Under the pieces are notes generated by a model. That model saw only the letters and a list, made by a program, of their open reading frames with translations. It was not told the DNA's origin and did not search any database. 64,000 nt of DNA from Balanoglossus misakiensis (lineage: Eukaryota > Animalia > Hemichordata), in contig CM082588.2 in the NCBI GenBank assembly GCA_040954595.2, positions 2,266,044 through 2,330,043 of the forward strand. The letters run 5' to 3'. This document shows, piece by piece, positions 40,826-53,500 of this stretch (position 1 is its first letter; every line of letters begins with the position of its first letter). The position numbers and the translations under genes were made by a program.

Positions 40826-43291
40826 ATGGATAGTGTGGACAGTGTAGGTGGGTATTTGTTGATTGTTTCGATTTTTATAAATGTTAGTGACATTTTTTTC
40901 TTCCAGTTTTCTTCCAGAAGTTCTTTGTTTTCTGATATGGTTGGTTAATGACATAAAATATTGTAACATTTTTCAGGTGCTGAAGCTAGTACCGAGGGTA
41001 CAGAGCAACAAACGAGGACTTTTGTAGTGGATAACTGCACAGGTGAAATCTTGCTTGAATGCCAGGGAGTGGTGGATGAAGATGGGGTTGCCTTGACCCC
41101 TGAGCAGATAAGTCAACATGAAGGTACTGTCATGCAGGCAGAAATCACTCAGGACCAAGGTGACGGTAGTACAAGTTTCACCGTGTCAACAGGCCAGGTC
41201 GAGCAGCATGAAGATTCTACTGTGCAGGAGAATGTCCCTGAAGACCACGGGACAAACACTGCTGATGAAGCTCTCACTGTTCCCACTGATGACCAGATCA
41301 CTCAACATGAGGATCCTGCCATCCAGCAAAACGTTCCGACAGACGAAGGCACAGACGTGACCAGTGAAAGTTTTGCCGTCTCCGCTGAACAGGCCAATCA
41401 AGATGGTCATTCTGACGTCCAGGAAGATGTTCCACAAGACCAAGGAACAGGCAACGCAGGTGAGAATTTTGTGGTGTCTGCCGGTGATGAGAGTCAGTGT
41501 GTGGAGTCCGCACCCCAAGGCAATATCCACGAGGGTGATGGAATGGGTGTCCATGATGGCGTGGTCATTTCAGGAGATCAGGTCAAACAGCCGGCGGACT
41601 CTTTAATCACAAACAGTGAAGTCGTCAGGATAGTAACCAATACAATAATCATGCAAGCTGACCAGGTCAAGCAGTCTGCAACCAGTGAAACCACCATTCA
41701 GGAAGACAGTGCAACCCTTCAGACAGGAGGCGAGGTGTCGAAACCAGAACAAGTCCCGGGTATCAACCAGACAGTTTTAATCGCCGCCCTTGAAGATCTG
41801 AAAGAGGGCCTCCAGCATGTTCTTGTAGTGCCAGGCAATCAAGAGGGAGGTGCCACTAAGGAGACGACTGACAAGATATATATTGTTGAAGAAAATCAGA
41901 CAGAAGGAAAGAAAGACGAAGGAGGGATGGAGTGTGATGTTGTAGAGAAGGATGAAGTCGAAGAAGATGAGGAGGAGGAAGAAGAGGAGGAGGATGAAGA
42001 GTATTTGGCTGAGAGGAAATTTATGGAAAGGTCTGTTGTAAGCAGGACAGGAAGAGTCATTAAAAGACCAGCACATTTTGCGGAGTCCGAGTTTGATGAA
42101 TGGGGCGGCGATAAAGAGGACGGCAGAAGAAAAAGGAAGCGTCGTCAAAAGGAAATATCAGCGCCGACAAAACCGTTCAGTTGTGACAGCTGCGACAAGT
42201 CTTTCTTCCATGAAAAGGGTCTGGAGAGACACCAAGAGAATGAACATGCCGGCCCCCACAAGTGCGAAGAGTGTGAGAAGGAGTTCCCGAAATCAGCATC
42301 GCTGAAAGCCCATGAGAAGATTCACCTGAAAGAACCGGAGAAACCCTTCAAATGCTCTATTTGCGGGAAGGCGTTCCCGTACTCCTCTCATCTAACTGTC
42401 CACACCCGCACTCATACAGGCGAGAAACCTTATCAGTGTGAATTCTGCGGCAAGGGATTTGTGGCGTCGTGCGATCTCAAGAGACACATCCGCAGTCACA
42501 AGGGCTTGAAACCACACAACTGCGTATCCTGCGATAAGTCGTTTTCGGCCATGTCGGATCTCAAGCGACACATGAAAACCCACAGTGGCAAGAAATCTCA
42601 TAAATGCCCCTCCTGTGAGAAACTCTTCGCCCGAGCGGACAGTCTACGACTTCACATACAGCTGCTGCATGAGGAGAAAAACGAGGCGTACCAGTGCGGG
42701 TCTTGCGACAAAATCTTCATGCAGATGCGATATCTGCGGGCACATCAGAAATACCTCCACGAAGAAGAAGGGCCGTATGAGGTGATACCCAAAGCGGAGG
42801 CAGAAGAAAAGATCGCCGAGCTGAAAGCAAAGAGGGACGCAGAGGCGGCAGTGAAGGCTGCTGCCAAGAACACAGGTGACGATGCAGGTGCGCAGTACAG
42901 TGTGCTTTCCCCTGACATGGATACGTCCGACGCATCGGCTGTGGACTCGGACATTTTGAACTCTTCCCTGACAAACAATGACATAATTGCAACCGACACC
43001 GCTGCTACTGCAGGGGCTGAGACATCGCCTGCAGACACCGCCGGAGAGGCGACAGAGGATGTCACGACCGGCCCAGCCAAGAACATAGTGGTGTTTCTGA
43101 AACAGGAAGGTGGAACACTGCAAGGGGAAGACGGGGAGATTATCGGACAGACAGTGCAACAGATTGAACTCCCTCTTGGGGGCGACATGTCGGCCGAATC
43201 ATTGCAGGAAGTAGCCCTGCAAGCCATGCAACAAATTTCAGCCGGGGTAAATGTTCAGCATATTGTCATCCACCAAGTGACAAACCCATAG
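40826..43291 (+). CDS. C2H2 zinc-finger protein, about 778 aa, 7 tandem fingers, acidic repetitive N-terminus
   Basis: Coding exons 40826-40847 (MDSVDSV-G) and 40977-43291 join in frame. Seven fingers including a TGEKPY linker, an E/D tract, and an NLS-like RRKRKRR. Probable non-coding first exon ending at 40158 (GAG|gtaagc); YY1-like CAAAATGGCTGCC at 40262. Confidence 0.88.
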
Positions 43292-43765
43292 ACCATTTCA
43301 GTGTCTAAAAAATCACCGAAGAAACCTCTCATTCACTGAAAATGTTAGCACTTGCATAGGACTTGACTATACTTTGTACATGTACATAGGTTTAACCCCC
43401 TTTCCGTATTGGTGTTTACGTTTAAACCTTCTGTGGTTTTAGTCACAGAGTGACTAAATATGTGAATTTAAAATTCAAACAAGTCTTGAGATCTAATGCT
43501 CCAGCCCATACTATAATAAAAGCCACTTTGGGTATTTTTACACAACTTTTAAATGTAATTTTATAAACTCGTAAAACAAGGTGTTTCTTTAAGTGTCAGA
43601 ATTCTTTACTTCTTTACATTTCCACCATTGAAGCTTTCGGTTAACCCAGTTGAGTTATTCATACAGATGTCAACTGACTTGATATTGACTGTAACCTTGA
43701 TCCAAACCGCAGAAACTTGAAAAAGTGTCATTGGTACAGCCAGATGAGGAATGAGCTTGCTGTTT

Positions 43766-43781
43766 AGCGCCCTCTATTGGC
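43766..43781 (-). promoter_or_regulatory. CTCF-like motif
   Basis: Reverse complement GCCAATAGAGGGCGCT is one mismatch from the CTCF core GCCACTAGAGGGCGCT. It lies between the ZNF and GPCR genes. Confidence 0.35.
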
Positions 43782-45719
43782 AAAATAAAAAACATTGTCG
43801 GGAGTGAAGTGGCCAAACCTAAGTAAAGGGCGTGTCTTTGTTGTCTGTGAAAATGTCTGTCTATTTTTCCCATGTCCAAACAACTACGTATGGATGATGT
43901 CATATATTTCTCAATCAAAACGCAGGACACCACAATTTGTTTTCACGATTTTTTGCACTACGAAAAAATAACGCGGCGGGCGTCGTGTATTTTTTCTCAA
44001 CCATCCTTTCAATTCATTTATTGTGGTACCGCTGGGTGACTGGTCAATGAACTCTGAACACAACATTTTCGTGATGGCGATCACTGATTGCAAGGAAATT
44101 ATATTTAATTTTCGCGTTCCAAAACCCCACGGGAAAATCGATTATCGCGTCATGATTGCCTATGAACACTTGCCTCTATTAATGCCCGGAAATGTGCCTG
44201 TGCACTCATCAACATATTTCATGAGTAACCAAGATACAAACATCCATGCTATAATGAACGATCCAAATTGTCAAAATCAAGGATTATTCAGTCTTTTGAT
44301 GAGGAAATGTAGGAATATTTGAGAACATTTAGGAACATACAGTTTAATTTAAAATGTCAGAAAGAAGCTCGATAAATGTGCCCTGCCTCCGGAAATTTCC
44401 GAATATTTTTTTTTTAGATAATGTCTTCTAGCGTGGATTATATTATCTGTACATTACACAACTATTTTATGGGAAGAATATCATGTTATGAAATTTAGAG
44501 TTTTAGGCGAAATCTCCTGTTTTTAAAATTGCTTATTTTTTTAGTATCCATGACCTGTGTGACTGTACCAGTCAGACTAAATTGATTGAAACTGGAGACA
44601 TTAAAGGTTTTGAAAATGTTCAAAATGCCCGGAGTCAAAAATCCACAAACAGCGGAACAGAACGATTTTGCACTGTACAGCAATTCTCATACCGCCAGCG
44701 ATGGCTTCCGACGTGCATGTCGTGTAATATTCGCCAGTTACAGACTACCCAACTTAATAGCTGAATTCCGAAATCTTAAAGTTCTTCAGCCTATCATCAG
44801 ACAAAATTAGGAACACACGGGGCACGAAGGGCGACCATGTTGAATATCAAAATCGAAGAAAATGTGCTGCGTGACGCCAATAACCGTGTCTTCGTATCAA
44901 ACATTTGGCTTTTTTTCACTACACGTAATTCATTTGTCAGCCTGCGTGTGCGCAGTGGCTATTTTAATCTATTGATAAAGGTAAACGTATGCCAACTTGA
45001 AGTTAATTTTCACACACAAAAGCTGACTTATGTATGTTGGCGAGCTATAAATGCTTGACGGGTTAGAACACCGGATTGAACTGCAGATGATACGCTCAGC
45101 AAATCAACTCGGCTATAGCCAAAGGTTTACAGCTGATGGGCCCTTGAAAATGAGAGAATTTTCCGCACTTCAAAATAATCCGTGCATGCTCACGGCGGCT
45201 ACCTCCACTGTATTATGAATGAATAGCCATTATAAGAGCCAGGACATCTGGTGTCCGGCAAATTGAAGTATCGAAGCATTGAACGTCTTCAAATCTAACA
45301 ATACTGGATATATTCATTCACAAACTTGACAACCGTTGCTGGGACAGGTTCTCCAGAGAGACTGCGCGTTGAGGGCTGTTCGTGGGGGTTCGGGTTCTTA
45401 ACAAAGTTAGACCTTGTGGGACCTGCAGTCCTCACTTTGAAAGAGCCGTACAATACAGACTGGCATGCTATAACCCGCCCACATTTTATGGAAATGTATA
45501 CTTGCATCCGGTATGTGTTTTTTTTATATAATTGCTCATAATTCGCACCTTATAAACTTCAAGTGCAAATTTGTTGCACATAGACGTTTCACTTCCTCCG
45601 CGAAGATCACATTGGGTATATAATTCTTTGGAGTAATCCTGTTTCGGCGATTCCAGTCAAACTTCGTTTCCAGACTCACCGCGTTTCCGAGCTGGTGCTA
45701 TCCTACAACGCATACGGAC

Positions 45720-46889
45720 ATGAATGTGTCATATTTGGTAAACCAGACAGTCGTCAGTTTTGAGTTTCGAACAAAAACTGAATTAATCTGTCTCATACTC
45801 GGTATCGTCATAACTGTTCCAGTCATTGCGATCGGGTCAAGTGGAAACCTTCTTGTCTGTTGGATCGTCGGCACAGTCAAGAAACTACGGACACCGGCCA
45901 ACATTCAACTGGTGACTATCGCCGTCGTCGACCTGCTGACTTGCGCACTCATAGCACCGCTGGTGTTTGTCGTAAACATTGTCTTCTTACTGACCGACAC
46001 AAACATCTTCGAGAGTGACGCTTCGCTGTATATTTGCAGAGCCTATGTCTTCACCTGGTTCATGTCGTTAACGGTGTCCTGCTCAAGTCTCGGACTACTC
46101 AGCGTGACTCGGGCGATGGGCGTAAGCGGGAAGTTCTCCCCGTTTGGTATGAGGATAACTATAGTTGCATCGATTTGTATCAGCTTTCTGGTTGGCACAA
46201 GCTATGCCTTCTCCCGAGCTGCACTAGATCCCCAGCGATTTTGTCTAATCGATAGCATCCCTTCACAGATCGTAGGAGTCACCAACAAGATTGGTTTTGG
46301 TATTATTTTTAGCACGCTTCTGATGGTCAGTGTATCCTATGGTTATATTTTCTGCCTAAAACAGAAACAACGAAAAACTGCCAAGTCTTTGACACAGAAT
46401 ATATCCAACGTTAATAAACGTGACTTGGCCACCATCCGTATTTGCTTGGTTCTGGTCTTGACTTACATCGCCACCTATTTGCCAATTGGGGTTTTTGCGT
46501 TTCTACATTCACTGGAAGCCATACCGCGCAACCTGTATTACTCCCGTCTGGTGTACGCCATCTCGTACTGTAGTAGCATGGCCAATCCCATCATTTACTG
46601 CCTCATGTCCAGCAGATTCCGAGAACAGCTTTGTTGCTTCGTGTCCGACAGAAGAGGCCCTTCGAAGAGCAAATACGCCCAGAATTCAAGAAGCTCGGGA
46701 GAAGTTTCCACGAGAAGTGTTCGAGCCAAGAGTTCATCGCACAACGCCCGCCCTGATAGTCCACGACCAAGCCAAGCGACACCCACCATAAATTCAATCT
46801 CTGCTGCTATTGAAATGGGGAACGTCATTTCTGATTCAACACCAGAGTCTGGTATAGATAATCTTGCATTAGAAGTCGGTGACTCTTAA
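45720..46889 (+). CDS. Intronless class A (rhodopsin-like) GPCR, orphan, 389 aa
   Basis: Seven hydrophobic segments. N-terminal NxS/T glycosylation sites, TM1 GN, TM2 IAVVDL, Cys at the top of TM3, TM7 NPIIY followed by helix-8 FR and CC, and an S/T-rich tail. Confidence 0.88.
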   Translation: MNVSYLVNQTVVSFEFRTKTELICLILGIVITVPVIAIGSSGNLLVCWIVGTVKKLRTPANIQLVTIAVVDLLTCALIAPLVFVVNIVFLLTDTNIFESDASLYICRAYVFTWFMSLTVSCSSLGLLSVTRAMGVSGKFSPFGMRITIVASICISFLVGTSYAFSRAALDPQRFCLIDSIPSQIVGVTNKIGFGIIFSTLLMVSVSYGYIFCLKQKQRKTAKSLTQNISNVNKRDLATIRICLVLVLTYIATYLPIGVFAFLHSLEAIPRNLYYSRLVYAISYCSSMANPIIYCLMSSRFREQLCCFVSDRRGPSKSKYAQNSRSSGEVSTRSVRAKSSSHNARPDSPRPSQATPTINSISAAIEMGNVISDSTPESGIDNLALEVGDS

Positions 46890-46986
46890 AGGGTAGCAAT
46901 CCATCTCTGCTTCAATCGAAAATGGAACTTGAACGCTACTCCAAGTAAGGACATTTCTAACTCAACACCAGAGTCTGGTATAGATA
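46795..46986 (+). repeat. Degenerate tandem duplication of the GPCR C-terminal coding segment
   Basis: ATTTCT(G/A)A(T/C)TCAACACCAGAGTCTGGTATAGATA occurs at about 46828 (coding) and 46953 (3' UTR). The upstream ATCTCTGCT motif is also duplicated. Confidence 0.8.
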
Positions 46987-49900
46987 TTTTATTTTAAATT
47001 CCCGTTATTTTGGTGAAACTCTTGAATTCAATAGATACGATAATCCTCTGAGTGTCTTTTCGCCCATGAGTTGTTTTAATTAATATCACTTGGTAGTCAC
47101 ATAAACTGACACATTTTAAATGTTTTAAGTATATATGGGGCACACATTTTCGTATATTGTCCCAAAGAACGGGTCGTTACAATAAAACATTTGTAGAAAA
47201 AATGATGTTCGAAACAGAGAGGGGTTAAATTAATTTTTAGTCGGTTGCCCTGAACATTTGCTGTATACCATTATTCTACATATGCCGTGTGTGTGTGTTG
47301 TATGTCGTAGACAGTGCTTGACGAAATCGTCAGTCTTCAATCAAGAAATATGAACTAATTGTATTGCTGAATGATAGCTATGTGATTTACCAATTTACCT
47401 GATACAATGTATTATGATGGGAATGTAATGTGACACACACACACTTGTAAAACATTAGTCTTTAAGCGTGAGGTCGAGCCAACTGTCGTTTGCTATATAG
47501 AAGCCTTCGAAATACTATCTGCTGAAATCCACATTTCTCTGATTGCCTTGCATAGAACATTCAGAATACTGGTTTAAAGTATACATTTTATTGGATACTT
47601 AATCTGATGTTTCGAGAGAGCTCTCATTACGTCTCTCATTAAGGTTCACCGAGCACACGCGCTCACTCGCTCACAAATATTTTGCTCGACACTGTTGTTG
47701 TGATGCAGTTTGACTATTTGAGATATTTAAAGCTACTAGTAAGTTTGCATAAGTGTGTAATAAACAAATAAAATAAACAAAGAAATAAAAAAAATCAGTC
47801 AGAATTGTCTGCAAGATTTTCTATGCGACAAATCAAACTGTATTTAACTTTAATTCCGGAAATTGTTATAGTATTCTGTATCGGTGTTAAGTCTTTTACA
47901 GAATCGTTGTTTGGAAACTATTTTTCAGAAAATAATGTGTGAACGAAATTTTAATAAATGTAGCTGCGCACATCGCAAATTTGAAGGTCCAACTTATCTT
48001 ATGAATAATTTCACATCAATTTTATAAATATTCAGCACGTTATTGTTTTCACATACAAGTATGTTGCAATTTCGATGTAATATTGGAAGAGTTCTTCAAA
48101 ATCTGAATTGTACAAACTTCGCTGTCGCATTCAGGCAACTGCTGTGGTATCTATTGTGTTCTGTAAACAATAAAATGTTTTGTGGAAACATTTTGTCGAG
48201 GGTGGTTTGTTTATTTCAGTTTTATTATCGATGTTTAATTGTCTTTACATATCGACCTATTTGTGTACGAGACTTACGTTTATGATACGACAACGGACCA
48301 TTTTCCGAACTCCACGAGATCTCGCGGGATTTCGCGTGGCTATATGCACTGAGTTTATTATGTTTTATGTGACTCAAGACAAACAACACATGGCCCCATC
48401 CTTTTAAACGGCACAAAAGTGTCATTGTTGTTAAACTCTGCACATATTCTAGTTTCATACAAAGCTGGACTTCTAGTAATTGGGTAGCAACCCGTTGCTA
48501 AGGTAATTAACGAACTTGAAATCTCACGATCTCCCGCAATAAGCGGACAATCATCGCCGCAATTATGTCTACCATGATAGTACGAACACAATCCACGTTT
48601 GTCCTTCAAGTACTAGATACAAAACGATGCAAAATCTTAGAGTGTCGGGCAATGCATTCAATTTGCTGTGTGACATTCAGGAAGCACTTTAATTGATGAT
48701 TCACGTGACGGATAACACATTTCTTAATGGAACATGCACTTTTGTTTGAAATACAGGATGGAGCAAAATTCATGGGGCAACAATATGTTGTTTGAATGAA
48801 GTATAAATTAAAATTTTATTTGAGGTTATTGTTTGACAGTAAAAACCATATCGATGCTAGAAAAAATGCAAAAGAATGCTTAATTGAGAAGTCAACCGCA
48901 GAGGCAAGCATTGGTCATCTATATAAGAAACCGGTAAGACTTCGACAGCGGTTTCCGTCATCAATGACGGTAATTCTTCTTTCATTGTCGTGCTTTATAT
49001 TTTATGGATTGCGTCAGGTTACAGGCAGCTAATAGCAGCTGTATCATTTCAATGTGTAATCAAGGCGGGTGTCAGTTTCAAACTGACAACCACTTTGTCG
49101 GTAGGTAAGAAAACTCTTGTCGTCAACCGGAAAGTGTTGATACTCGACACGACGATCTTGTCGATAGGTGCTCGGTGTCGTTCGACGAAATTGCCGATCA
49201 AGACCTTGCCCGCAATCACGTGACATCTTTTGTCTCTACTCCCACACGGGGCACATGTGGTATCAGCAGCTAGTGAGGCCTTGATGGCTCCATGGAAAGC
49301 AGTTACCATGGTGATCTTGACGTTAATAATACACTAAAACGGATGGAGGTCGAAATCTACGCATATATGTATGAATAAGCATGATGATGTCCACCGGATT
49401 TGCTGCGGGTTACTTACTTGACGTGAGTTTGGCTTTCCGCCTGTATTGTCTGGCCGACACTTTTGGTCCGAATTCGACACGGAAATAGCAAGAGAAAAAC
49501 GCATTTGCGACAGAATCTAATTTCTCGGTAAAGTGGCGATCTGTATGCCTAAATTTGGTATGTGTGAGGTGGCCTTGATCACCCTATTATGTCGATGTTG
49601 GCTGTAACTTTTAGTTGTTTGGAGTATTGACTGCAGTTTCGTGTTCAAATCTCTTCAGTATGGTGAAATACATACTAGGTAAATACAGATATAAAACACA
49701 GCTTCTGTGTGTTCAGCCAGCACCGCCATTGTTTAAAACTGAGTCCGGACTAGAATTCATTTGTCAACAATAGTTATGGCTGTTACATGTATAGGCCTGT
49801 GATTCGATAAGTAGAAAACTGTGAATTTGAATATTATGCTAAAAGAAGCAGATAAGGAACATAAATGCCGAAACAAACACACATTGTTGGTTGATATCAC

Positions 49901-50541
49901 CGCGTACAGTTCCACTGCGTCACCCACTGTAACAACAACAAACTTCTTTGGCGAGAAACATGATATGGTCACGTGTTGATCCTCAATCAGGGACTGAATA
50001 CCAAATAGATTTTGTTGATACTTTTGAAAATTGATACGCGAGCAATTTTCACATTATTTCAAATGACGTTTCCCCAAGGCTTGCACTGTGCACACATATC
50101 TTTGAAAATATCGAAAAATGAAGGAGGGAATTTCCAGCATTCTGGATACAGCTATGATCTGTTTCTCAAGAGGAAAATCCTCCAGACACGTTTCTTTTTA
50201 TTTCTCTTTCATAAACATTATTATTCAATGACCGATTTTCTCCTCTTTAGAGAGTGACATTTAGATAGAATGTCGCAGGGTCTCAACGGCGTCGTTTGAC
50301 CATCACACAAATGATGTGCGATATAATTACATGATATTAACAGCAATGTGTGAGGATAAACTGTAAAGGTGATACAATTTTAAAGAGCTTACACTGGCAC
50401 ACAGAGCAGTTATCACAAACATCAAACAATAATTGATATGATTCTTAAGGAGTCGAAGGAACATAATATCTCCTGCGGGAGACATTTATCTCAAGCCATA
50501 AAATAGATGTTTACTCATCGAAGTTTCCTCTAGATTTTGAA

Positions 50542-53500
50542 GATTTTCATGAGCTATAACCCATGGTTTTTGTCGAAAAAGCACCAAATTTTGAAATTTC
50601 GCGAAGTCGAAAAATTGACATTTCTGGATGATTTTCATGAGCTATAACCCATGGTTTTTGTCGAAAAACCACCAAATTTTGAAATTTCGCGAAGTCGAAA
50701 AATTGACATTTCTGGATGATTTTCATGAGCTATAACCCATGGTTTTTGTCGAAAAAGCACCAAATTTTGAAATTTCGCGAAGTCGAAAAATTGACATTTC
50801 TGGATGATTTTCATGAGCTATAACCCATGGTTTTTGTCGAAAAAGCACCAAATTTTGAAATTTCGCGAAGTCGAAAAATTGACATTTCTGGATGATTTTC
50901 ATGAGCTATAACCCATGGTTTTTGTCGAAAAACCACCAAATTTTGAAATTTCGCGATGTCGAAAAATTGACATTTCTGGATGATTTTCATGAGCTATAAC
51001 CCATGGTTTTTGTCGAAAAAGCACCAAATTTTGAAATTTCGCGAAGTCGAAAAATTGACATTTCTGGATGATTTTCATGAGCTATAACCCATGGTTTTTG
51101 TCGAAAAAGCACCAAATTTTGAAATTTCGCGAAGTCGAAAAATTGACATTTCTGGATGATTTTCATGAGCTATAACCCATGGTTTTTGTCGAAAAAGCAC
51201 CAAATTTTGAAATTTCGCGAAGTCGAAAAATTGACATTTCTGGATGATTTTCATGAGCTATAACCCATGGTTTTTGTCGAAAAACCACCAAATTTTGAAA
51301 TTTCGCGAAGTCGAAAAATTGACATTTCTGGATGATTTTCATGAGCTATAACCCATGGTTTTTGTCGAAAAACCACCAAATTTTGAAATTTCGCGATGTC
51401 GAAAAATTGACATTTCTGGATGATTTTCATGAGCTATAACCCATGGTTTTTGTCGAAAAACCACCAAATTTTGAAATTTCGCGATGTCGAAAAATTGACA
51501 TTTCTGGATGATTTTCATGAGCTATAACCCATGGTTTTTGTCGAAAAAGCACCAAATTTTGAAATTTCGCGAAGTCGAAAAATTGACATTTCTGGATGAT
51601 TTTCATGAGCTATAACCCATGGTTTTTGTCGAAAAAGCACCAAATTTTGAAATTTCGCGAAGTCGAAAAATTGACATTTCTGGATGATTTTCATGAGCTA
51701 TAACCCATGGTTTTTGTCGAAAAACCACCAAATTTTGAAATTTCGCGAAGTCGAAAAATTGACATTTCTGGATGATTTTCATGAGCTATAACCCATGGTT
51801 TTTGTCGAAAAACCACCAAATTTTGAAATTTCGCGAAGTCGAAAAATTGACATTTCTGGATGATTTTCATGAGCTATAACCCATGGTTTTTGTCGAAAAA
51901 GCACCAAATTTTGAAATTTCGCGAAGTCGAAAAATTGACATTTCTGGATGATTTTCATGAGCTATAACCCATGGTTTTTGTCGAAAAAGCACCAAATTTT
52001 GAAATTTCGCGAAGTCGAAAAATTGACATTTCTGGATGATTTTCATGAGCTATAACCCATGGTTTTTGTCGAAAAACCACCAAATTTTGAAATTTCGCGA
52101 TGTCGAAAAATTGACATTTCTGGATGATTTTCATGAGCTATAACCCATGGTTTTTGTCGAAAAACCACCAAATTTTGAAATTTCGCGATGTCGAAAAATT
52201 GACATTTCTGGATGATTTTCATGAGCTATAACCCATGGTTTTTGTCGAAAAAGCACCAAATTTTGAAATGTCGCGAAGTCGAAAAATTGACATTTCTAGA
52301 TGATTTTCATGAGCTATAACCCATGGTTTTTGTCGAAAAACCACCAAATTTTGAAATGTCGCGAAGTCGAAAAATTGACATTTCTGGATGATTTTCATGA
52401 GCTATAACCCATGGTTTTTGTCGAAAAAGCACCAAATTTTGAAATTTCGCGAAGTCGAAAAATTGACATTTCTGGATGATTTTCATGAGCTATAACCCAT
52501 GGTTTTTGTCGAAAAACCACCAAATTTTGAAATTTCGCGATGTCGAAAAATTGACATTTCTGGATGATTTTCATGAGCTATAACCCATGGTTTTTGTCGA
52601 AAAAGCACCAAATTTTGAAATTTCGCGAAGTCGAAAAATTGACATTTCTGGATGATTTTCATGAGCTATAACCCATGGTTTTTGTCGAAAAAGCACCAAA
52701 TTTTGAAATTTCGCGAAGTCGAAAAATTGACATTTCTGGATGATTTTCATGAGCTATAACCCATGGTTTTTGTCGAAAAAGCACCAAATTTTGAAATTTC
52801 GCGAAGTCGAAAAATTGACATTTCTGGATGATTTTCATGAGCTATAACCCATGGTTTTTGTCGAAAAACCACCAAATTTTGAAATTTCGCGAAGTCGAAA
52901 AATTGACATTTCTGGATGATTTTCATGAGCTATAACCCATGGTTTTTGTCGAAAAACCACCAAATTTTGAAATTTCGCGATGTCGAAAAATTGACATTTC
53001 TGGATGATTTTCATGAGCTATAACCCATGGTTTTTGTCGAAAAACCACCAAATTTTGAAATTTCGCGATGTCGAAAAATTGACATTTCTGGATGATTTTC
53101 ATGAGCTATAACCCATGGTTTTTGTCGAAAAAGCACCAAATTTTGAAATTTCGCGAAGTCGAAAAATTGACATTTCTGGATGATTTTCATGAGCTATAAC
53201 CCATGTTTTTTGTCGAAAAAGCACCAAATTTTGAAATTTCGCGAAGTCGAAAAATTGACATTTCTGGATGATTTTCATGAGCTATAACCCATGGTTTTTG
53301 TCGAAAAACCACCAAATTTTGAAATTTCGCGAAGTCGAAAAATTGACATTTCTGGATGATTTTCATGAGCTATAACCCATGGTTTTTGTCGAAAAAGCAC
53401 CAAATTTTGAAATTTCGCGAAGTAGAAAAATTGACATTTCTGGATGATTTTCATGAGCTATAACCCATGGTTTTTGTCGAAAAACCACCAAATTTTGAAA

